Origin: Alphaproteobacteria bacterium
Lineage (GTDB): Bacteria; Pseudomonadota; Alphaproteobacteria; Rs-D84
DNA: 64,000 bases
Assembly (NCBI GenBank): GCA_017960855.1
Contig: JAGCYJ010000003.1
Location: 4,686 to 68,685, forward strand
Direction of reading: 5' to 3'
Shown here: positions 27,350 through 35,937 of the stretch, one piece after another
Numbering within the stretch: the stretch's first letter is position 1
Layout: each line of letters begins with the position of its first letter
Notes under the pieces: model-generated
Told to the model about the DNA's origin: nothing
The model's input: the letters and a program-made list of their open reading frames with translations, nothing else
The model's database searches: none
Translations under genes and position numbers: made by a program

Positions 27350-28174
27350 CTAGTTATTTGCATCTATCAAACCGTACAGACCGCTGTATTCTGTGCATTT
27401 TGCATCTGTATTATTAGCACATGCGTCACGTAACGCCTTAAGGTCTTTGATAAACGCGTCATAACTTGTTTTATCTTTTTCTTTTAATACCAACAATTGA
27501 GAACGCAATAATTCGTTGCCTTGTAATCCTTTTTGCCCTTCTACTGCGCCACCAATCAATTTGTTTCCGAACAATTCCATAGAACCGACACCCAATGCGG
27601 CACCACCAACTGCACCACCAATGGTTGCCCATGTACGTCCCTTCTTTTTGGCATCCAAAATACGTTGTTCAATTTTTGCTTCATCGGCCCAGGCACCACA
27701 TGTAATATTACGTCCCATTTCATAATACTGGCTGCGAATATCACTTAAATCGATGCGTGAATCTGCCGATTTCAACGAAACTAAAACAAAGCATGTATTG
27801 TTTTCTGGATTTTCAACATCTTCTATCATTGTTGAATAATCGTTTATATTGCTGTAACGTGATGCCCAAACAAAAGTATTCCCAACACCGATATTGTTCT
27901 GCAAGCATGCTGCACGTTCTTTTTCACGTTTATCAACAGCGGTTTCGGTCGGAAGAGTTGCATCAACATCTTCTACACGAATGCTTGATTTATTGCTTTC
28001 TGATTCACTGGTCGTTGGTTTCTTTAAATTGATTTTCATAGATGCGATCTTACCAGGTGCTTCTCTATTCGCCGTTGTAACAGGCCCCTTTACACCCAAA
28101 CGACCCGTTGCCGGTGCCGCAAAAGCGGGCATAGCAAAAGCGCACAAAACCATAAAAGAAACAATACTTTTCAT
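27350..28174 (-). CDS. Secreted Cys-containing protein with glycine-zipper segment, unknown function
   Basis: Signal peptide MKSIVSFMVLCAFAMPAFA. WATIGGAVGGAALGVGSMELFGNKLIGGAVEG. No recognised catalytic motif. Confidence 0.5.
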   Translation of the reverse strand: MKSIVSFMVLCAFAMPAFAAPATGRLGVKGPVTTANREAPGKIASMKINLKKPTTSESESNKSSIRVEDVDATLPTETAVDKREKERAACLQNNIGVGNTFVWASRYSNINDYSTMIEDVENPENNTCFVLVSLKSADSRIDLSDIRSQYYEMGRNITCGAWADEAKIEQRILDAKKKGRTWATIGGAVGGAALGVGSMELFGNKLIGGAVEGQKGLQGNELLRSQLLVLKEKDKTSYDAFIKDLKALRDACANNTDAKCTEYSGLYGLIDANN

Positions 28175-28239
28175 ATTCTCTTCTCCATATCACGTTGTGG
28201 ACATTATATCACAAAAAGGGGCTAAAATAAAGCGCAAAT

Positions 28240-28268
28240 AAAAAAACCGCGCACTATTGCGCGGTTTA
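28240..28268 (-). terminator. Terminator after plsY
   Basis: A7, CCGCGC-ACTATT-GCGCGG. Confidence 0.6.
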
Positions 28269-28271
28269 TAA

Positions 28272-28859
28272 CTACTTTTTCCACTTCCATTCTACCTTGG
28301 ACTCTTTACCATGAACCAGACGAATGATATTTTCGCGATGTCGTATCAAACACAACAATGCCACCGCTAAAAATGCGAACCCTACATTTATATCTATAAT
28401 AAACCCGAAAACAGGCACCAAGAAAAATACCACCAATGCCCCCAATGACGAATAACCACTGGTCAAAGCAACAAGCAACCATTCAATACCTATAAATAAA
28501 AATGTAAGTGGCGATATTGCCAATAACAAACCAAACAGTCCCGACACGCCTTTGCCACCATGGAATCGCAACCATATTGGGAAACAATGCCCAACAATTG
28601 CAATGAAACCACACCATGCACCAAACCCAACATCTACGAACGCGCGACCCAATAATACCGCCGCAACAACCTTCGCCATATCAAGTAACCACGTCAGCGC
28701 CGCCATACGCAATCCACCGACACGCATAACATTGGTTGCACCAATATTACCAGATCCGACTTTGCGCAAATCGCCCTTGCCCGCAAATTTAGTCAACAAC
28801 AGCCCCATCGGAACCGAACCCAGCAAGTAAGAAATTATTAACAAAACAGCATTTATCAT
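28272..28859 (-). CDS. plsY: Glycerol-3-phosphate acyltransferase PlsY
   Basis: GSGNIGATNVMR motif. Multi-TM, 195 aa. Confidence 0.9.
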   Translation of the reverse strand: MINAVLLIISYLLGSVPMGLLLTKFAGKGDLRKVGSGNIGATNVMRVGGLRMAALTWLLDMAKVVAAVLLGRAFVDVGFGAWCGFIAIVGHCFPIWLRFHGGKGVSGLFGLLLAISPLTFLFIGIEWLLVALTSGYSSLGALVVFFLVPVFGFIIDINVGFAFLAVALLCLIRHRENIIRLVHGKESKVEWKWKK

Positions 28860-28932
28860 TTTATTTTTCCTTGATTTTATGTTTCTTTTCTATAAAATAT
28901 CAAAAACGTGACGAAAATAAAAGGAAAATAAA

Positions 28933-29193
28933 GTGGCAAATCATAAGTCATCTAAAAAAAGAATTTTGGTAACAGAAAAGAAAAACGCGGTCAATACTGC
29001 ACGTCGCAGTGCGGTTAAAACGGCTGTTAAGAAATCTGTTAAAGCGATTGAATCTGGCGACAAAGCGGCCGCAACAACCGCAACACGCGCAGCAGAAAGC
29101 AGATTGATGAAATCCGCTGGCAAGGTTATGCCAAAGAAACGCGCTGCTCGCAAGATTTCTCGTCTGACCAAGAAAGTTGCCAAAATGGCTTAA
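28933..29193 (+). CDS. rpsT: 30S ribosomal protein S20
   Basis: GTG start. MANHKSSKKRILVTEKKNAVNTARRS is typical of S20. 86 aa. Confidence 0.9.
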   Translation: MANHKSSKKRILVTEKKNAVNTARRSAVKTAVKKSVKAIESGDKAAATTATRAAESRLMKSAGKVMPKKRAARKISRLTKKVAKMA

Positions 29194-29216
29194 CTTTCTG
29201 AAACCAATTCTTAAAT

Positions 29217-29246
29217 TAAAAAATGTCCCGATTGGGACGTTTTTTA
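29217..29246. terminator. Terminator between rpsT and the tail-fibre-repeat gene
   Basis: GTCCC-GATT-GGGAC followed by GTTTTTTATT. Confidence 0.55.
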
Positions 29247-29267
29247 TTACAAATTATTCAAAGTATA

Positions 29268-30272
29268 TTAGTTAAACCATACCCACACACGCCCAGTTGG
29301 TGGTGTACCAGCCGGTTGCGATGTTGGCACAGAATCAAACCGCGCATCATCACCCGCCGCAACAGTTGTTGACGTTGTTCCAACTGGCAAACGCGCAACA
29401 CTCATCGTTCCAGAAGTTATGTTTGCTGCATTTGTTTGATCAACATTTTGAACATTACCTAATCCAACATCACTATTGCTCAATGTCACATTACTTGATA
29501 ACGCATGACCTGCAACCGTTGTTGTCGTTGGAACATAACTGCCACTGGCCTGTTTGCCATCCAACGCTGTTTCCAGTTTTCCAATAGCAGCGTTTATTGT
29601 ATCAGCCGCCGCAATCGCACTAGTTGCGTTTGGTTTTGTATATCCGGTCAATGCTATATCAGCACCATCCAATGTGACATTTGAACTTAATGCTTCTCCA
29701 TTAACTGTTCTGGATGTTGGGACATAATCGGTCGATGCTGTATACGCCGCGGTGCCAAGCCCATGAACCGCAACATCTGTGCCATCAACCTTGATTGTAC
29801 CATTTGCGGTCCCTTCGGTCACAGATTCAACACCGGTGTCAATGTTGCCTATTGAACTCTTAACTTCATTAATTGCCGCAACGACGTTTGTTTTATCGGT
29901 TGTGGTCAAATTGCTTAATGTACCAACCAAACCAGCCGCGGTGCCGGTTGCATCCGCCCCAACATCCGAAGCCGTCAATGTAATATCGGAACTTAATGCC
30001 TTGGAATTAACTGTGCGACTTGTTGGAACCGCACCAACATCCGCTGCTGTGGTCGGCACTGTGATGTTTATTGCCTTATCAACAGATGCATTTGCGGTAA
30101 ACGTATCAACCGTGGTTCCGTTCTTCTGAATCGTTAACACAGCATTGTTAACCGTTGGTGGTTCTAAACTTGAAATAATAGATTGAACATACTGCACACT
30201 GGCGATATCAGCGTGCGCTGTGGAAACGATTCCACAGACCAAACCAAATAAGATAATACGAACCGGTTTCAT
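29268..30272 (-). CDS. Sec-exported protein built from phage tail-fibre-type repeats
   Basis: Signal peptide MKPVRIILFGLVCGIVSTAHA. Three copies of VPT(S/T)RTVNxxALSSxxTLxxxDxG, plus ITSGTMSVARLP and AAGDDARF motifs familiar from phage tail fibres. Confidence 0.65.
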   Translation of the reverse strand: MKPVRIILFGLVCGIVSTAHADIASVQYVQSIISSLEPPTVNNAVLTIQKNGTTVDTFTANASVDKAINITVPTTAADVGAVPTSRTVNSKALSSDITLTASDVGADATGTAAGLVGTLSNLTTTDKTNVVAAINEVKSSIGNIDTGVESVTEGTANGTIKVDGTDVAVHGLGTAAYTASTDYVPTSRTVNGEALSSNVTLDGADIALTGYTKPNATSAIAAADTINAAIGKLETALDGKQASGSYVPTTTTVAGHALSSNVTLSNSDVGLGNVQNVDQTNAANITSGTMSVARLPVGTTSTTVAAGDDARFDSVPTSQPAGTPPTGRVWVWFN

Positions 30273-30293
30273 ATATCTTTTTCGCTACTTCTC

Positions 30294-30325
30294 TATTCAT
30301 TTTTTTGCGTCCAAAAAAATGAATA
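30294..30325 (-). promoter_or_regulatory. Perfect 13-bp AT-rich inverted repeat 22 nt upstream of the tail-fibre-repeat gene start
   Basis: TATTCATTTTTTT-GCGTCC-AAAAAAATGAATA. Confidence 0.5.
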
Positions 30326-30542
30326 CAACACCCAGAAAACCGCCATTTATAAAACAAAAAAGAATTGCTGATTTTAACGTTAATTAAAAACGCAAAACTA
30401 TATCAAATAAATGTCTGCTTTCTGTGATATCCTCTCCTGTTATCCTTACCAAATGCCACAACTACGCGCATTTTCGGTAAAACCCTTTCCTTATAGAGAA
30501 TTTTACTAAAAATCACCCTTGTGTGTAAAGCAAAAAAAATTT

Positions 30543-30572
30543 AAAAAAAGTCCCGCATTTCTGCGGGATTTA
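30543..30572 (-). terminator. Terminator after the secretin gene
   Basis: Minus strand reads TCCCGCA-GAAA-TGCGGGA followed by CTTTTTTT. Confidence 0.7.
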
Positions 30573-30587
30573 AAAATTTTTTATTTT

Positions 30588-32216
30588 TTAATTTAACGGT
30601 GCACCCCAATGTTGTTGAATTGAACGTTCTGCATCCATCGGACTGACCAAAACTTGTGGTGTCAAAATCACAACCAACACGTCGCGTTGTGATGCAGTTT
30701 CACGAGATCCTGACAAAGCCATAAAGTCCGGATCACCCAAACCGTATCTGGTGTCGCTGTTGTTCTGTTTTTCAAATCCAGAAACAACCAACATTTGACC
30801 AGATTCCATGATAACTTCTTGCATGAAACTACGTTCTTCAACTTCTGGCAGCTGCAATGTCACTTCACCAATTGTCTGGGTTGACATCTTTAACAATTCA
30901 CGCACAGACATTCTGAACAACAACAAAATCTTGCCGTTTTCCAAAACATTCGGTAACAATTGCATTGAAAAACCTGTTTCTAAATCGTCTTGGTCAACTG
31001 TGGAAGATTCAACTGTTGTAAAGTTACGTGATTCAAACCGTTTGATATAGCCAGTTGTACGTGTGTTATTGACCGGTGCAACGCGATTATTACGTGTTGT
31101 CACCCCAACGTTTGTAACCAAGGAAACCTTGCCCTGTTTTGCCAACGATTGAATCAAAGCATTCGTTCCTGCAACCCCAGCCAACGAGCCGTTCATAATA
31201 TCATCTTGGGTATACGCACCGGCGACTTGATTTCCATTGACCGTATGTGTTGCCCCGGTAAGCGCAGAAACATCATTGGACAAAACAGCAATGTTCATCG
31301 CACTGGCTTCGGTTGTTGCCAAATTGTTCTTTGGATTCGCAACCAAATTCAAACCAGAAGTAGAGTTAATTGCCGCTGCCAAATTCAGACCAAATGCAGA
31401 ATCATTAGACAACGATACCTGCAAAACCTTCACGTCTATTGTGACCAACTGTGACAAGCGTTTGTTTTGACGATCAATATAGTCGCCGACACGTGCCAAC
31501 ACGGACGGTGGCGCGGTAACTGTAATGGTTCCTAAACTGCGCGACACGGTAAAGTCCGCATTACCACCCTTTCCTATAATAGATGATATAGCATTTTCAA
31601 CTTCGTCCCATTCTTTTAATGTAGATTCCAACGAAACCTGGTTTCCATCATCTGTATTCATTGCGGTCTGATATGAAACCTCGGTCCCCAGGGCATATAA
31701 TGTAAATGTCTTGGTTTCCGTCTCATAGAAAACAATGGATGTCTTGTCAAAGTACCACAACAAATCCAAATCTGTCGCAACTTGTGATAACAGTCCAGAC
31801 AATTTGCCAGTGTATGCTATATTCATTGTCTTTTTCAATTTTTCACCATTGACCTGGCTATCAATCTTTACCGGCAATCCAGTCACAGAATTGATATCGT
31901 TTGCCAACACCTGTAATGTCACTGGTTCATTTAATAATATAGTCACACCAGAATCTGTCTCAAATTGAGATGGCAATTTATTCTTGTGTTCCAAAACCGT
32001 GGATTTATTTCCCAACCAAATACCTTCGGACATAGAAACCGTATCGCCACTGGCAACCTTGGCACGTGGGTTTTTAGACATTTCAAATGCATCATATGCA
32101 TTAACAAAATCCTGATCAACCGATGCCGCCACCTTGGCAGATTCGCGACGGGTGCACCCCCCAACGACACTTGCCACCAGTGCAAACACAACAAATAATC
32201 TTGTCAGTTTTCTCAT
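30588..32216 (-). CDS. Secretin lipoprotein, type IVb pilus PilN (R64) family-like
   Basis: Lipobox VVGGC. C-terminal secretin domain (GFSMQLLPNVLENGKILL...QMLVVSGF...VLVVILTPQVL). Confidence 0.8.
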   Translation of the reverse strand: MRKLTRLFVVFALVASVVGGCTRRESAKVAASVDQDFVNAYDAFEMSKNPRAKVASGDTVSMSEGIWLGNKSTVLEHKNKLPSQFETDSGVTILLNEPVTLQVLANDINSVTGLPVKIDSQVNGEKLKKTMNIAYTGKLSGLLSQVATDLDLLWYFDKTSIVFYETETKTFTLYALGTEVSYQTAMNTDDGNQVSLESTLKEWDEVENAISSIIGKGGNADFTVSRSLGTITVTAPPSVLARVGDYIDRQNKRLSQLVTIDVKVLQVSLSNDSAFGLNLAAAINSTSGLNLVANPKNNLATTEASAMNIAVLSNDVSALTGATHTVNGNQVAGAYTQDDIMNGSLAGVAGTNALIQSLAKQGKVSLVTNVGVTTRNNRVAPVNNTRTTGYIKRFESRNFTTVESSTVDQDDLETGFSMQLLPNVLENGKILLLFRMSVRELLKMSTQTIGEVTLQLPEVEERSFMQEVIMESGQMLVVSGFEKQNNSDTRYGLGDPDFMALSGSRETASQRDVLVVILTPQVLVSPMDAERSIQQHWGAPLN

Positions 32217-32246
32217 CTATTTTCTCCTACGGCCTTAACGGGTTCC

Positions 32247-33188
32247 CTATTCTTCTGATGTTGAAATAACCAACACACGATTTCCTTTGTAAAACTTCGC
32301 ATATGGAATTGGCGTGGCGCGTTCAAAGTTGCGAACCAAAGCAGATGCAACATCAACAAAACGTCCCTTGAACACTGCACTTGCTTCAATTGGATATTCA
32401 CGCGTTGTTGTCCAAACCAAATCCCAACCTTCTTTGTCGCACCAAGATTGTAAAACTTCGCGCAAGGTTTGGCCACTGGCAACGACCCAAGAGCGAACTT
32501 GATCAATCATTACGGCCGGCGCTTCGGCATCTGCGGAGATATTCACACCAAACTCAGATTCCAAACCATTGATTGCCGCATCAACGCCTTCTCTTTCTTC
32601 GGCGGTATATGCCGCGATTTCTTCTTTGCTTAAACCAATCTTTGCCAAGTAAGCGGTATAACCATCGGCATACTTGTTGCAGTTTTTGCGACCCGAACGC
32701 GACAAAGTCAAAACATCGCCACCATCATCTTCCAACACTTCGCGGTGCAACAACGGCATTTCAGCCCCAGTATCGCATTCATCTTCAAAACCCATTGGGA
32801 CCTGATTACCGTGCAACATGTTTGCACCACCAGACCAACCGGTAAAGTCACCACTGACGCCCATATTGAAATTGTTTTCAACAACCAAATCTGCGCCTAT
32901 TTTGGACACGATGCGAATATTGTCAGATTGTTTGTCTTGGCTGCACATATCGTCTTCGCAACCAACTTCTACATCGGCATCGGTTCCCGCGATCGGCCAA
33001 GCCGGCACTTCCACCTGGGCATAGTTCTGATTGACTTCTGTTTCGACATACCGACTTTCATCAACATCCCTATCTTCGGTGTAAAAAACCTCTGATGTCA
33101 CAATCTGGGGCATGACCGTTTCGCTTGCAGCGAAGCAATAACCCGCCGCACAACAGAACATTGCCGCTATCAAAATCTTACGGAACAT
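32247..33188 (-). CDS. TcpQ-domain protein (PilL/TcpQ-like secretin partner)
   Basis: Signal peptide. C-terminal 80 aa WVVASGQTLREVLQSWCDKEGWDLVWTT...AKFYKGNRVLVIS fits the TcpQ domain pattern. Lies 30 nt upstream of the secretin gene. Confidence 0.7.
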   Translation of the reverse strand: MFRKILIAAMFCCAAGYCFAASETVMPQIVTSEVFYTEDRDVDESRYVETEVNQNYAQVEVPAWPIAGTDADVEVGCEDDMCSQDKQSDNIRIVSKIGADLVVENNFNMGVSGDFTGWSGGANMLHGNQVPMGFEDECDTGAEMPLLHREVLEDDGGDVLTLSRSGRKNCNKYADGYTAYLAKIGLSKEEIAAYTAEEREGVDAAINGLESEFGVNISADAEAPAVMIDQVRSWVVASGQTLREVLQSWCDKEGWDLVWTTTREYPIEASAVFKGRFVDVASALVRNFERATPIPYAKFYKGNRVLVISTSEE

Positions 33189-33224
33189 ATTGAACTTCCT
33201 TTCTTTTCCTTATTTAATGTATTA

Positions 33225-33253
33225 ATTATAACAATTTGACCGAATCGGTGCAA
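33225..33253 (-). promoter_or_regulatory. Sigma70-like promoter for the TcpQ-secretin operon
   Basis: Minus strand reads TTGCAC, 17-nt spacer, TATAAT. The palindrome CCGATTCGG abuts the -35 element. Confidence 0.5.
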
Positions 33254-33369
33254 GACCAAAAAACAATCAAAACAAACTTTTTATTTCAGGTTGCAACATA
33301 AAATCGTACGAATCGCAAAAAGTATGTTATACTGGGTTCTGTAATTTAACAATCCAAAGGAAGAAATAA

Positions 33370-33918
33370 ATGCAAAACACATTGTTTTTGGTCGCAATTT
33401 CACTTGTTTTAATTCTTGCCATAATTATTACCGTTGTGGTGTTTCGTACAAATGCACGAATTCAAAACATTAACAAGACCCTGGAATATCAGTATAACCT
33501 GATTGTAAAAATGCAATCTGTGCTGAAAACAAAATCTGCAACAAACGCGGTCGCCGAAAATGCAGAAATGATTTATCAAGATTTACTGCAAAACTTGATT
33601 CCAATTATGGCGGCAATCAGCGTTATGCCCCGCAACACAACCGAACACCCATTGTGGCGCGCACTGGGCGGAATTATGGATGAATATGCTAAAAACCCAT
33701 TTGCATTGGAAAAATTACGTCGGGCAATCAAACTGGACGCTGATATCGCCCGGAATGTTGAAAATTATATTTCGCGTGCCGACCGCTTGTTGCGCCATTT
33801 GAACAACACCGAACCAGACGGCATTTTGGCTACAACCTTTACAGATGGCTTGCTGGGACAATCGCTAACCTTCTTTGCCCAGGCACAAACCTTGGCCAAC
33901 CAAGAACATAATGAATAA
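33370..33918 (+). CDS. Membrane-anchored helical protein, unknown function, overlapping sufB start
   Basis: 182 aa with a single N-terminal TM (LFLVAISLVLILAIIITVVVF). Its stop lies 8 nt inside sufB. Confidence 0.5.
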   Translation: MQNTLFLVAISLVLILAIIITVVVFRTNARIQNINKTLEYQYNLIVKMQSVLKTKSATNAVAENAEMIYQDLLQNLIPIMAAISVMPRNTTEHPLWRALGGIMDEYAKNPFALEKLRRAIKLDADIARNVENYISRADRLLRHLNNTEPDGILATTFTDGLLGQSLTFFAQAQTLANQEHNE

Positions 33919-35236
33919 ACTTTCGGTAAATCTTGTTCGTAAAATATCCGCACTGCGTGGCGAACCAAAATGGTTGTGCGATTGGCGTCTTGATGCGTTG
34001 AAACAATGGAAAAAAATGCACGAACCACATTGGGCAGAATTTGATTACACACCGATTGATTACGATGCATTAAACTATTACAACGAATCCAAGCCCATTG
34101 ACAATTCTGCATTGAAAAAAACTTATGAAAAAATGGGTTTGCCTGAATCGGAACAGCGTGCGCTGCTTGGCATGGCGACCGACACTGTGATTGACAGCAA
34201 ATCTGTTCACACATCTTATTCTGCGGAATTGGAAAAATTGGGGATAATATTTTTACCGTTCTCGGAAGCGGTGCAACAATATCCCGATTTAGTAAAAAAA
34301 TATTTGGGTTCCGTTGTCCCAGCAAACGACAATTTCTTTGCGGCATTGAACGCAGCGGTATTTTCAGATGGCACATTCGTCTATATTCCACCGCACACGA
34401 AATGCCCAATTGATTTGGCCAGTTATTTTAGAATTGAAACCGCCAAGATTGGTCAGTTTGAACGCACGCTTATTATCGCAGACAAAGGTTCCGAATTATC
34501 GTATATGGAGGGCTGCAGTGCCCCACGTCGTCCAAACCACCAATTACACAGCGGTGTTGTTGAAATCATTGTTGCAGATGACGCAACCGTAAAATATTCT
34601 ACTGTTCAAAATTGGTATGCCGGTGAATACAAACACGGAAAACAAACTGGTGGTATTTTGAACTTTGTTACCAAACGTGGTCGTTGCGAAAAAAATGCAA
34701 CGCTTAATTGGACCCAGGTCGAAATTGGATCGGCATTAACATGGAAATACCCATCAACGATTTTGGCCGGAAACAATGCACATAGCGACTTTTATTCGTT
34801 GGCAATTACACGTGACGCGCAACAGGCAGATACAGGTACAAAAATGATTCATTTGGGTAATAATACTGTATCAAATATTTTGTCATATGGCGTTGCGTTG
34901 GACAATTCAAAACAGACATTTCGCAGCATGGTTTCTTTTTCAGGTCATGGTTGTAAAAACGCATCAAAGTGCGACACACGAATAATTGGTAATAATGCCA
35001 TCGCAAATACATTACCAACAATAATTCATACCAATGGCGACAACACACAAAGTCACGAAGCAACCACCGGTGCAATTGACGCGAAACAATTACAATACCT
35101 TATGCAGTCGGGCATGGACGCAGATAGCGCAATCGCACTAATTATCGGCGCAGCGGCATCGCCAATTATCGCGCGTTTGCCGATGGAGTTTTTAGTTGAA
35201 TCTAAACAGTTGATTCAGATGGCATTGTCGCACTAG
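33911..35236 (+). CDS. sufB: Fe-S cluster assembly scaffold SufB
   Basis: WTQVEIGSALTWKYPSTILAGNNAHSDFYSLAITRDAQQADTGTKMIHLG matches the SufB core. ATG at 33911. Confidence 0.9.
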   Translation: MNKLSVNLVRKISALRGEPKWLCDWRLDALKQWKKMHEPHWAEFDYTPIDYDALNYYNESKPIDNSALKKTYEKMGLPESEQRALLGMATDTVIDSKSVHTSYSAELEKLGIIFLPFSEAVQQYPDLVKKYLGSVVPANDNFFAALNAAVFSDGTFVYIPPHTKCPIDLASYFRIETAKIGQFERTLIIADKGSELSYMEGCSAPRRPNHQLHSGVVEIIVADDATVKYSTVQNWYAGEYKHGKQTGGILNFVTKRGRCEKNATLNWTQVEIGSALTWKYPSTILAGNNAHSDFYSLAITRDAQQADTGTKMIHLGNNTVSNILSYGVALDNSKQTFRSMVSFSGHGCKNASKCDTRIIGNNAIANTLPTIIHTNGDNTQSHEATTGAIDAKQLQYLMQSGMDADSAIALIIGAAASPIIARLPMEFLVESKQLIQMALSH

Positions 35237-35258
35237 AATAAAGATAAATGGACAAACT

Positions 35259-35936
35259 ATGTTGGAAATAAAAAATCTTTGTGTATCAATGGATGGTCGC
35301 GAATTATTGCACGACATTAGTTTGCGTGTTCCACGTGGCGCACGGCATTTGCTGTTGGGTCCAAACGGTTCTGGAAAATCAACACTGGTCCAGACGATTG
35401 CAGGGAACCCTGAATTCACCGTTGATTCAGGAAAAATTACTTTCAATCGGCAAAATATTTTGGACAAGAACACAACGACACGCGCCTTGCTTGGTATATT
35501 TGTTGGGTCACAAAATGTTCCTGAAATACCGGGACTGACGGTGTTAAGTTTTCTTAAACATTCATGCATTGCGCATCACCACTTTGATACTGGACGTGAT
35601 TTGTCTATGGCAGAGTTTTTAACCAAGTTAGAATCTGCACGCGAAAAATTAAATATTCCCAAGGATTGGTTAAATCGTGGAATCAATGTTGGTTTTTCTG
35701 GGGGCGAACGTAAACGTTTAATGTTGTTGCAATTGATTATGACTAAACCAAAACTTGCGATTCTAGATGAACCTGATTCTGGTGCTGATGTTGATACGCA
35801 AAAACAAATCGCTAATACAATTGCAGAAATGAAAAATACAACATTTCTGTTTATATCACATCAACCGCAATTTACAAAAATGGTTAAACCGACACACGAA
35901 ACAAAACTTAAAAATGGAAAAGTAATAGGAGGGTAA
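35259..35936 (+). CDS. sufC: Fe-S cluster assembly ATPase SufC
   Basis: MLEIKNL start, Walker A GPNGSGKST, FSGGERKR signature, ILDEPDSG. Confidence 0.9.
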   Translation: MLEIKNLCVSMDGRELLHDISLRVPRGARHLLLGPNGSGKSTLVQTIAGNPEFTVDSGKITFNRQNILDKNTTTRALLGIFVGSQNVPEIPGLTVLSFLKHSCIAHHHFDTGRDLSMAEFLTKLESAREKLNIPKDWLNRGINVGFSGGERKRLMLLQLIMTKPKLAILDEPDSGADVDTQKQIANTIAEMKNTTFLFISHQPQFTKMVKPTHETKLKNGKVIGG

Positions 35937-35937
35937 A

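Noticed and set aside
33765-34409. Minus-strand ORF of 214 aa
   Set aside because: It lies entirely antisense to sufB and the upstream gene. It is Cys/Arg-rich nonsense-like sequence with no RBS, whereas sufB has unmistakable motifs.
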